Source: Minisyncoccota bacterium
Lineage (GTDB): Bacteria; Patescibacteriota; Minisyncoccia; Phycocordibacterales; UBA9973
Length of the DNA: 64,000 nucleotides
NCBI GenBank assembly: GCA_041659785.1
Contig: JBAZXO010000002.1
Span: 55,479 to 119,478 of the forward strand
Direction of reading: 5' to 3'
Numbering within the stretch: the stretch's first letter is position 1; each line of letters opens with the position of its first letter. Shown piece by piece: positions 56,689 through 64,000 of this stretch. Position numbers and translations under genes: made by a program. The notes beneath the pieces were generated by a model, which worked only from the letters and a program-made list of their open reading frames with translations, had not been told where the DNA came from and made no database searches.

Positions 56689-57060
56689 ATGGAAAATAGA
56701 AGGCGTCGTTATAAAGGCATGTCAGTAAATCTTTTGGGTTTGCCGAGTTTTGATAGTTTTGAAAAAGCCAAAGTAAACACACGCAAAGTACCTAAACGAT
56801 TTTATCTTAAATCTTTTGTTTCTGATTTTCACAAAAATGCGCCCAAAAACTTGCTTCTTATTTATGATATACCCGAAGGGAGAAAAAAAGAAAGAGATTG
56901 GTTTCGTAGGCAACTTAAGAATTTTGATTTTGTGATGATCCAAAGAAGTGTCTGGGTTGGACCAGCACCTTTACCGGCAGACTTTCTTTCTTATTTGAAA
57001 AGAATAGGTTTACGAAAAGAATTCAAAACATTTAAATTAGCTAAATCATATAATAGTTAA
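56689..57060 (+). CDS. Cas2-like (Cas2/VapD-superfamily) small protein with a ~55-aa basic N-terminal extension. Orphan: no cas genes or CRISPR array in the window
   Basis: LLLIYDIPEGRKKERDWFRRQLKNFDFVMIQRSVWVG fits the Cas2 pattern h-h-YD-h..R.+..L...G.R.Q.SVF. Confidence 0.4.
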   Translation: MENRRRRYKGMSVNLLGLPSFDSFEKAKVNTRKVPKRFYLKSFVSDFHKNAPKNLLLIYDIPEGRKKERDWFRRQLKNFDFVMIQRSVWVGPAPLPADFLSYLKRIGLRKEFKTFKLAKSYNS

Positions 57061-57065
57061 TGTTA

Positions 57066-57085
57066 ATCTACGCTATAGCGTAGAT
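57066..57085. repeat. Perfect 20-bp palindrome atctacgctatagcgtagat (copy 2), 5 nt after the Cas2-like stop
   Basis: Read directly. Confidence 0.7.
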
Positions 57086-57112
57086 ATGAATATTGGGGTA
57101 GTTGTTTTAAAA

Positions 57113-57505
57113 TTAAAATGCTTGAAGAATTTTTTCTAGAATTTTTTTCTCTTGATCTCCTTTGTATTCCTTTGTTGGAAAATTTGCTAAATTATCACCC
57201 TTGTATCTTGGTATTAAATGAATATGAAAATGTGGAACTTCGTTACCTACTACGGATTCTTGCACATAGTCACAAGCAAATGTCTTTTTTAACACAAGCA
57301 TTAATTTTTTTGTTAGTTTAAATATTTCGGAAATTGTTTCATCATCCACGTCTTGCATCCAAACTGTATGTTTTCTAGGAATTATTACAAGATGACCATA
57401 GGAAACTGGTTTGATATCAAGAAAAACCAAAAATTTTTCATCTTGGTAAACAAATTCTTTTGGAATTTCTCCATTTGCAATTTTACAAAAAATACAGTTT
57501 TCCAT
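57113..57505 (-). CDS. HIT-family (histidine triad) nucleotide hydrolase
   Basis: CIFCKI zinc motif and HFHIHLIP histidine triad. Confidence 0.85.
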   Translation of the reverse strand: MENCIFCKIANGEIPKEFVYQDEKFLVFLDIKPVSYGHLVIIPRKHTVWMQDVDDETISEIFKLTKKLMLVLKKTFACDYVQESVVGNEVPHFHIHLIPRYKGDNLANFPTKEYKGDQEKKILEKILQAF

Positions 57506-57506
57506 A

Positions 57507-57590
57507 GAAATTGAAATAAATCAAATTTTTTTTCGGGTCCTCGGAAAAAATCCGGAGATTAGCTCAAAAAATTTATTTATTTCAATTTCT
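57507..57590. repeat. Family-A palindromic element (TIRs agaaattgaaataaatcaaatttttttt and aaaaaatttatttatttcaatttct; core cgggtcctcggaaaaaatccggag) between the HIT gene and recJ
   Basis: Read directly. Its core start matches the comM and 7686 copies. Confidence 0.45.
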
Positions 57591-57623
57591 ATATTGTACT
57601 CCATTTATGCTAAAATTCAATTC

Positions 57624-59339
57624 ATGCAAAAGTATGGTGAATTATTGCGGACATTGTTAGAAAAAAGAGGCATTACTGATTCAGCACAGGCTGAGGTTTT
57701 TTTAAACCCCGACTACGAAAGAGATTTCAATAACCCATTCCTGATGAAGGATATGGAGCGTGCCTGTGTGCGTATATTTGAGGCCATAGAAGCAAAAGAA
57801 AAGATAGTTATCTATGCGGATTATGATTGTGATGGTATCCCCGGAGCTGTAATTTTAAATGACCTATTTAAATTATTAGAATACAAAAATTATGAGGTAT
57901 ATATACCCCAGAGAAACTCTGAGGGATATGGCCTAAATTTAGAAGCAATAGAACAATTTGCACAAAACGAAGTAAAGCTTTTAATAACCATTGACTTAGG
58001 CATCACCGCGGTAGCTGAAGTAGCTCAAGCAGAAGTTGATGGTATTGATGTCATAATTACTGACCACCACATTCCTCATGCAGTTTTACCTCGCGCTTAT
58101 GCTATTTTAAATCCTAAAGTAGATGACCCCGCCAAGGCCGGGGCAAGTTACCCAGAGAAAATGCTTTGTGGGGCAGGTGTTGCGTTCAAGCTTGCGCAAG
58201 GATTTATAAAAAAATACGGAGAGTATTTCAAAATAAAAGACGGGCAGGAAAAATGGATGCTCGACATGGCAGGGCTCGCCACACTTTCGGATATGGTCCC
58301 ACTAACTGGTGAGAACAGGGCGATGGTTTATTTCGGGATGAAAGTTTTGAGAAAATCTCCACGTCCAGGCTTACAGAAACTTCTTGCGAAAATGAAAATT
58401 GAGCAGAAATATTTATCTGAAGATGATGTTGGTTTTATGATAACCCCACGCTTAAATGCTGCTTCTCGTATGGATGACCCGATGCGAGCTTATGAACTTC
58501 TTTCTACAAATGATGAAAGAGAAGCTGGTGTCCTTGCAGATCATTTGTCGAAAATAAATGATGACAGGAAAACTATCGTGAAGAGTATTATGCGTGAAGT
58601 GAATAAAAAATTTGAAGAGAGAGAAATGAGAGAAGTAATAGTGATAGGGAATCCAAGCTGGCGAGTCGGTATTTTAGGATTAGTTGCGGGGAAAATATCT
58701 GATGAATACAAAAAACCCGTTTTCGTTTGGGGTAAAGATGAGAATGATTGCATCAAGGGTTCTTGTAGGAGTGATGGTTCAGTGTCTGTGGTAGAGCTAA
58801 TGACCGAAACGACTGAATCATTTATAGATTTCGGTGGGCATGAGCTTGCGGGCGGCTTTTCTGTACATAATGATAAGATTCATTTCTTGGAAGAGGCTTT
58901 ATCTCTTTCTTATAAAAAAATTACTACTTTAAAAAATACCCCCTCCACTGATGGCACCTCCCCCTATGTAGGGGGAGGACAGGTGGGGGTAAATTTTGAT
59001 ATAAAATTTACGCTAGATATGGTAAACATGAAAAATTGGCGAGAGATAGAGAAGCTAGCACCATTTGGTCTGGGAAATCCAAAACCAGTTTTTCTCTTTG
59101 ATAATGTAAAAATAGAAAAAATAAAAAAGTTTGGTAAAAATGGTTCAGGAGAGCATTTAGAAATTAAATTTTCAGATATGAACAATCATAAAGCTACTGC
59201 AATTTCCTTTTTCTCCAACCACGATTCCTTCGAAAAGACTTTATCTGAAGGTATTAATGTAAATTTGCTAGCCACCTTTGACTTATCGAGGTTCCGAGGT
59301 AGAGAAGAGCTAAGATTGAGGATTATTGGTATATGCTGA
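57624..59339 (+). CDS. recJ: Single-stranded-DNA-specific exonuclease RecJ
   Basis: DHH motifs (IYADYDCDGIPGA, ITDHH) and a DHHA1 domain. The ATG at 57624 is preferred; the track TTG start is 57594. Confidence 0.9.
   Translation: MQKYGELLRTLLEKRGITDSAQAEVFLNPDYERDFNNPFLMKDMERACVRIFEAIEAKEKIVIYADYDCDGIPGAVILNDLFKLLEYKNYEVYIPQRNSEGYGLNLEAIEQFAQNEVKLLITIDLGITAVAEVAQAEVDGIDVIITDHHIPHAVLPRAYAILNPKVDDPAKAGASYPEKMLCGAGVAFKLAQGFIKKYGEYFKIKDGQEKWMLDMAGLATLSDMVPLTGENRAMVYFGMKVLRKSPRPGLQKLLAKMKIEQKYLSEDDVGFMITPRLNAASRMDDPMRAYELLSTNDEREAGVLADHLSKINDDRKTIVKSIMREVNKKFEEREMREVIVIGNPSWRVGILGLVAGKISDEYKKPVFVWGKDENDCIKGSCRSDGSVSVVELMTETTESFIDFGGHELAGGFSVHNDKIHFLEEALSLSYKKITTLKNTPSTDGTSPYVGGGQVGVNFDIKFTLDMVNMKNWREIEKLAPFGLGNPKPVFLFDNVKIEKIKKFGKNGSGEHLEIKFSDMNNHKATAISFFSNHDSFEKTLSEGINVNLLATFDLSRFRGREELRLRIIGIC
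58931..58995. repeat. Family-B GC palindromic element inserted in-frame inside recJ (encodes KNTPSTDGTSPYVGGGQVGVNFD)
   Basis: The 22-nt hairpin at 58957..58978 equals 30960..30981. Flanks aaaaaatacccc and gggggtaaatttt mirror the lexA-UTR copy. Confidence 0.5.
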
Positions 59340-59415
59340 GCATATACCAACGGCACTCGGACATTGAACAAATAAATTTGTTCATGCTCCTCGTTTGTTG
59401 GTATAATGTAATCAT

Positions 59416-59919
59416 ATGTTAAAAGATAAGATCCAAATCTATACTGATGGTGCCGCAAAAGGTAATCCAGGGCCTGCTGGGTGGGGAGCCGTCATCATAT
59501 TTTATGATGACAAGTTAAAAGTTGAAAGTAAAAAGTTAAAAGTAATAGAGATTGGAGGAAGGAGTGACCATGCCACTAATAATCAAATGGAATTAACGGG
59601 GCCAATAGAAGCATTGAAGTATTTAAAACATAAAAAGATGCATGGTTCTTCTGTGGAAATTGTTTCAGACTCAAAATATGTGATTTTAGGAATTACGGAA
59701 TGGATTTTTAATTGGCAGAAGAATAATTGGCGCAATGCTGCCAAGAAACCAGTTATGAATAAAGAACTCTGGGAAGAGCTTTTTACGCTTACCGAAGAAT
59801 TAAAACCTAAATGGACTTATGTGAAGGGTCACAACGGAGATAAATGGAACGAACGAGCAGACATCATCGCGACTAGTTTCGCGGATGATGATCCGGTGGA
59901 GCTTAAAAATAAAAAATAA
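59416..59919 (+). CDS. rnhA: Ribonuclease HI
   Basis: IYTDGAAKGNPGPAGWGAVI...NNQMEL...GHNGDKWNERAD. Confidence 0.9.
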   Translation: MLKDKIQIYTDGAAKGNPGPAGWGAVIIFYDDKLKVESKKLKVIEIGGRSDHATNNQMELTGPIEALKYLKHKKMHGSSVEIVSDSKYVILGITEWIFNWQKNNWRNAAKKPVMNKELWEELFTLTEELKPKWTYVKGHNGDKWNERADIIATSFADDDPVELKNKK

Positions 59920-59930
59920 AATATTTTTAA

Positions 59931-61433
59931 ATGCGGGATAGAGTTTTTTATACAATATGTTTTGGATTTTTGTTTGGGGTGCTGTTGCGCTCTTTTTTAT
60001 TTGTAAATTTATATTTTGTTATTTTATTTAGTGTAATTGCATTGGCTTTATTATTATTCTTTACACTTATCTCGAAAAATAATTGGGGAATATTAGCTTC
60101 TCTTTTTATTTTGATTTTTTGTTTTGGAATTTTTAGATTTAATATGGTGGACGTTACTAACCCTACTGTTTTTGAGTCCTGTGTTGGGCAAAAGATTACT
60201 TTAAGAGGGGAAATTGTAGATGAACCAAGTATTAAAGAAAATAATCAGCAGCTAATTGTACTTGCCACCACTCGAAGTTGGACATTGGGTTCTTTTGATG
60301 TCCAACCTCAGGAAACAGAAATTTTATTGTCAGTTAATTTAGATGAAAATTACAAATACGGAGATGAAATAAATTTCACAGGTGTTTTAAAAAAGCCGGA
60401 GAATTTTATTACAGATACGGGTAAGGTTTTTGATTATGTAAATTATCTCCGCAAAGACGGCATTTTGTATGTGATGAGTTATCCTAAAGTTGAGATCATT
60501 TCACGAGGAAATGGCAACAGCATTCAAAATGCCTTATTTTCCGCTAAGGAAAAGTTTTTAGAAAAAATGAATTTGGCTATAACCGGACCCGAGAGTCTGC
60601 TCATGGGTGGGCTCATTTTAGGAGAGAAGTCTTCTTTCAGCCAAGCTTTAAGGGCTAGCTTCGTGAATACTGGAACGATACATATAGTAGCGCTTTCTGG
60701 ATACAATGTGACGATTGTCGCAGAATGGATAATGAAACTATTTGCTCGAATATCTTTTGTTTCCTTAAATTTTAGTATTGGAATGGGTATTTTGACTATT
60801 ATTTTATTTATTTTAATGACGGGTGGAAGTTCTACAGCTATTCGGGCGGGGATAATGGCGACTCTCGCGCTTATTGCCCGCGCGACCGGCAGAAATTATG
60901 ATGTCGCGCGGGCTCTTGTTCTGGCCGGAGTATCTATGATAATCCTCAATCCATTTTTACTTGTGTATGATGTTTCTTTTCAGCTTTCTTTTATTGCGAC
61001 AGTGGCGGTGATATTCCTTGCCCCTAGAATTGAGAAATATTTTATGTGGGTACCAGAGCGTTTTCAATTACGAGACATTGTGTCTGTCACGTCTGCAGCA
61101 TATATTTTTGTTTTTCCATTTATTCTTTATAAAATGGGGAATTTCTCACTTGTCGCTTTACCCGCGAACGTTTTAATTCTTCCCTTTATTCCATTTACGA
61201 TGATGCTTGGTTTTATTACCGGTTTTGCAGGACTTATTTATTATGTATTTGCTATACCTTTTGGTTATGTTTCTTATTTATTTTTACACTATGAGCTCAG
61301 TGTGATTAATTTCTTCTCACATCTTCCTTTCGCAGCTTTTTCTTTTCCAGATTTTCCACTTTTCCTCACAATAGCAATATACATATATTTTATTTACAAA
61401 CTTTTTTGGAGGAGTATAAAAGAAAATATATGA
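59931..61433 (+). CDS. comEC: ComEC/Rec2 competence channel, membrane part (DUF4131 plus competence domain). Lacks the beta-lactamase-like domain
   Basis: Multi-TM protein. LLMGGLILGEKSSFSQALRASFVNTGTIHIVALSGYNV competence-domain motif. Confidence 0.8.
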   Translation: MRDRVFYTICFGFLFGVLLRSFLFVNLYFVILFSVIALALLLFFTLISKNNWGILASLFILIFCFGIFRFNMVDVTNPTVFESCVGQKITLRGEIVDEPSIKENNQQLIVLATTRSWTLGSFDVQPQETEILLSVNLDENYKYGDEINFTGVLKKPENFITDTGKVFDYVNYLRKDGILYVMSYPKVEIISRGNGNSIQNALFSAKEKFLEKMNLAITGPESLLMGGLILGEKSSFSQALRASFVNTGTIHIVALSGYNVTIVAEWIMKLFARISFVSLNFSIGMGILTIILFILMTGGSSTAIRAGIMATLALIARATGRNYDVARALVLAGVSMIILNPFLLVYDVSFQLSFIATVAVIFLAPRIEKYFMWVPERFQLRDIVSVTSAAYIFVFPFILYKMGNFSLVALPANVLILPFIPFTMMLGFITGFAGLIYYVFAIPFGYVSYLFLHYELSVINFFSHLPFAAFSFPDFPLFLTIAIYIYFIYKLFWRSIKENI

Positions 61434-61491
61434 AAATTTTCTTACGGGCAATGCAGTAGCCTCCCGTGGCGAAAACCTTCATATATTTTCT

Positions 61492-62088
61492 TTATAAAGC
61501 CCCAACAAAATTCTTTTCTATTACCTCCCAGTTTAGATTTTCAAAGAAGTCCTCAACATATTGTTTTTTACCACTTGGTTGATAGTCTGCGACGAAAGCA
61601 TGTTCCCACATATCAAGCATAAGTATTGGTGTCGCGCCATTTAGTTGTCCCAAATGTTGTTCATCAATCCAATAAGCAAGAAGACGTTTGTCTTTTTTGT
61701 CATACCAAAGCACAGCCCAGCCGATACCACGAGTTGTTACTGCCATATTTTTAAAAGCTGAAAGAAAATTATCAAAAGATCCTGACGCATCTTCTATTGC
61801 TTTTTTGAGCATGCTTTCTGCTGCAAGTGGTTTTGGTCCACCCTCGAGCGAAGAAAAATATATTTCATGATTGCGCATTCCGTTGTACTCAAAACTAAAT
61901 CGGCGGTGAAGTTCTCCAATCACGTAAGAGTTTGCTACTATGTCAGTATTGTATTTTTCAAACAAGTCAAAAATGCTATTTGCATTTTTGACGTATCCCG
62001 CATATAGCTTCAAGTGTTCTTCGACATTTTTAGCTGAAATACCCTTCAGCTCTCCTATATTAAATTTTTTCTCTTCAAATTTTTTCAT
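61492..62088 (-). CDS. sod: Fe/Mn superoxide dismutase
   Basis: HEIYFSSL...DMWEHAFVADYQ motifs. Confidence 0.9.
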   Translation of the reverse strand: MKKFEEKKFNIGELKGISAKNVEEHLKLYAGYVKNANSIFDLFEKYNTDIVANSYVIGELHRRFSFEYNGMRNHEIYFSSLEGGPKPLAAESMLKKAIEDASGSFDNFLSAFKNMAVTTRGIGWAVLWYDKKDKRLLAYWIDEQHLGQLNGATPILMLDMWEHAFVADYQPSGKKQYVEDFFENLNWEVIEKNFVGAL

Positions 62089-62130
62089 AATGTTTTTATT
62101 TTCACCCCGACTTATGTCGAAGCAAGTTAA

Positions 62131-63015
62131 TTGATATACTATAAGTATATCATGTTAGAAAAACAGATAAAATATAGTCTGTTATTGTTCACTTTTTTGC
62201 TTTTAGTGGCAAATTTTTTTCTTTTTTACACAGATTGGAAGAATTCTCATAAACAGCTTACTTTTGCAATGCTTGATGTCGGCCAAGGCGACGGCTTTTT
62301 TATAGAATCTCCGACAGGTATACAGGTTATGTTCGATGCTGGGCCACCCCGTAAAGTTTTAGGCCCACTTACGCATGTGATGTCCCCATTTGATAAAAGT
62401 ATTGATGCAGTTGTTATTACAAATCCTGACGCAGATCATATTGGTGGGTTATTAGATATTTTGAAAAACTATAAAGTGGGTCGTGTTCTAGAATCTGGCA
62501 CTTTGACTGATTCGAAAACTTATCAAAGTTTGAGGGATGAAATGAAGAGACAAAATATTCCTGATATCTTAGCTAAAAGGGGAATGAAGTTAGACATGGG
62601 TGGTGGAGTGGTGATAGATATTTTATTTCCTGATCGTGACGTATCTTCTTGGGCGACGAATGATGGATCTGTCGTGGCGCGTCTGAGTTATGGCAAGACG
62701 TCAATAATGTTAACTGGTGATGCACCGATAAAAACTGAACAAATAATATTGAAAGAAAATTCGATAGCACAGTTAGCCAGTACTATTTTAAAAGTTGGGC
62801 ACCATGGTTCACGTACTTCTACTTCTAATAATTTCTTAAAAGCTGTTTTTCCTAGTTATGCATTAATCTCTGATGGTAAAGATAATAAATACGGCCATCC
62901 CCACAAAGAAACTCTCAATGCTCTTGCCCAGTTGGGTGTAAAAATTTTAAGAACTGACCTATTGGGTACGATATTTATTAAATGTGATACAATATTGCCA
63001 TGCGAGATAAACTAA
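62131..63015 (+). CDS. ComEC-type metallo-beta-lactamase domain protein, encoded separately from the channel part
   Basis: MLDVGQGDGFFIE...ITNPDADHIGG...TGDAP...VGHHGS, the ComEC C-terminal domain pattern. N-terminal TM anchor. Confidence 0.75.
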   Translation: MIYYKYIMLEKQIKYSLLLFTFLLLVANFFLFYTDWKNSHKQLTFAMLDVGQGDGFFIESPTGIQVMFDAGPPRKVLGPLTHVMSPFDKSIDAVVITNPDADHIGGLLDILKNYKVGRVLESGTLTDSKTYQSLRDEMKRQNIPDILAKRGMKLDMGGGVVIDILFPDRDVSSWATNDGSVVARLSYGKTSIMLTGDAPIKTEQIILKENSIAQLASTILKVGHHGSRTSTSNNFLKAVFPSYALISDGKDNKYGHPHKETLNALAQLGVKILRTDLLGTIFIKCDTILPCEIN

Positions 63016-64000
63016 TAGAAAAACTAATAAAAAGCGAGGAAAAGAGGCAAAGAGAGGGTTTGGAATTAATACCTTCTGAGAATTATGTGTCAGAAGATGT
63101 TTTAAAAGCTAATGGTTCTGTTTTTACAAATAAATATTCTGAAGGTTATCCAGGACGCAGATATTATGGCGGGCAAGATTTCACTGATGCAGTCGAGAGA
63201 TTAGCTATAGAGCGTGTCTGTAAATTATTCAAATGTAAATTTGCCAATGTTCAGCCGCACTCTGGAGCTCCTGCGAACCTTGCCGTATACGCAGCACTTC
63301 TTCAGCCAGGGGATACTGTGCTCGGTATGGATTTGTCTCATGGAGGACATCTCACTCACGGACACCCCATGACTCTTCCTGCAAAGATTTATAAATTTGT
63401 CACTTATAAGATGAAAGATCCTGAGACAGGAGAAATAGATTATGAAGATCTTGCTCGTGTGGCGAGAGAACACAAGCCCAAAATCATCCTTGCAGGATTT
63501 TCTGCTTATCCCAGAACACTGGATTATAAAAAGTTCGTAGACATTGCTCATGAAGTAGGAGCTATCACTGTGGCAGACATGGCACACATAGCAGGCCTCA
63601 TAGCAGCAGGCGCATTGCGGAATCCATTTGATGATGGTTTTGATGTTATTACTTCTACTACACATAAGACCTTGCGTGGTCCGCGTGGAGGAATAATTTT
63701 AACCAGAGAGAATGAAGAGATAGCAAAGAAAATTGATAAATCTATTTTCCCAGGTATTCAAGGTGGCCCTCATATGCACACTATCGCTGCGAAGGCTGTG
63801 GCTTTCGGAGAAGCGTTGACACCCAAATATAAAAAGTACGCAAAACAGATATTAAAAAATGCGAAAGCAATGGAAAAAGTTTTCCATAAAAACAAAGTTC
63901 GCATGATTGGCGGAGGCACTGACAATCACCTCATCTTAGCTGATGTTTTCGGCTCATTAGGAGTTACAGGTAAAGAAGCGCAGACGGTGCTTGATGAAGT
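63000..64000 (+). CDS. glyA: Serine hydroxymethyltransferase (3' end beyond the window)
   Basis: Own translation: MRDKLIEKLIKSEEKRQREGLELIPSENYVSEDV...PLTLPAKIY...TTHKTLRGPRGG. Not in the ORF track because it is edge-truncated. The minus ORF 63225..63665 is antisense junk. Confidence 0.9.
   Translation, partial: MRDKLIEKLIKSEEKRQREGLELIPSENYVSEDVLKANGSVFTNKYSEGYPGRRYYGGQDFTDAVERLAIERVCKLFKCKFANVQPHSGAPANLAVYAALLQPGDTVLGMDLSHGGHLTHGHPMTLPAKIYKFVTYKMKDPETGEIDYEDLARVAREHKPKIILAGFSAYPRTLDYKKFVDIAHEVGAITVADMAHIAGLIAAGALRNPFDDGFDVITSTTHKTLRGPRGGIILTRENEEIAKKIDKSIFPGIQGGPHMHTIAAKAVAFGEALTPKYKKYAKQILKNAKAMEKVFHKNKVRMIGGGTDNHLILADVFGSLGVTGKEAQTVLDE

Noticed and set aside
56645-57085. CRISPR array
   Set aside because: Only two copies of the 20-bp palindrome, about 400 bp apart, flanking a protein-coding gene. 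This has no repeat-spacer architecture.
63225-63665. 146-aa minus ORF
   Set aside because: Lies entirely inside glyA in antisense; the glyA translation is unambiguous.
1-64000. Alternative genetic code (UGA recoding, as in some CPR lineages)
   Set aside because: Long conserved genes (pnp, hppA, pilB, recJ) are uninterrupted under code 11.

Overview
This is an AT-rich genome segment (roughly 30-35% GC by eye) that reads well with standard code 11; there is no sign of UGA recoding. Its gene content is typical of a small-genome CPR/Patescibacteria-like bacterium. The housekeeping genes present are pnp, rpsO, nusA, clpP, a PPIase-less trigger factor, RNase Y, HU, metK, tpiA-pgk, hppA, recJ, rnhA, sod, glyA, a CCA-adding enzyme gene next to a four-tRNA cluster, and lexA with a Cheo-type LexA box. 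A type IV pilus/competence operon (pilB, pilC, three pilins and a large minor pilin) follows a giant Thr-rich repeat protein, and a ComEC gene is split in two. Two loci stand out. (1) A radical-SAM/SPASM gene lies next to a 53-aa precursor ending in (CDTP)5-CG (six Cys), with a terminator hairpin and a convergent HExxH protein; this looks like an undescribed ranthipeptide/SCIFF-like RiPP module sitting in a GC-richer island. (2) A second GC-richer radical-SAM/SPASM gene is preceded by two strongly ribosome-binding mini-ORFs that are separated by a G10 homopolymer hairpin. Around it sit a methyltransferase, metK, two CYTH proteins and three Nudix genes, and a four-gene operon on the opposite strand encodes an E1-like enzyme, an amino-acid dehydrogenase, a PaaK-like ligase and a nitroreductase-like protein. 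Throughout the window there are two families of short GC-rich palindromic elements (a 'ggtcctcgg' core, and a 'cctccccctatgtagggggagg' hairpin). Several copies are inserted in-frame inside conserved genes (cca, comM/yifB, nusA, recJ), which recalls Rickettsia palindromic elements. A small Cas2-like orphan gene is bracketed by two identical perfect 20-bp palindromes.
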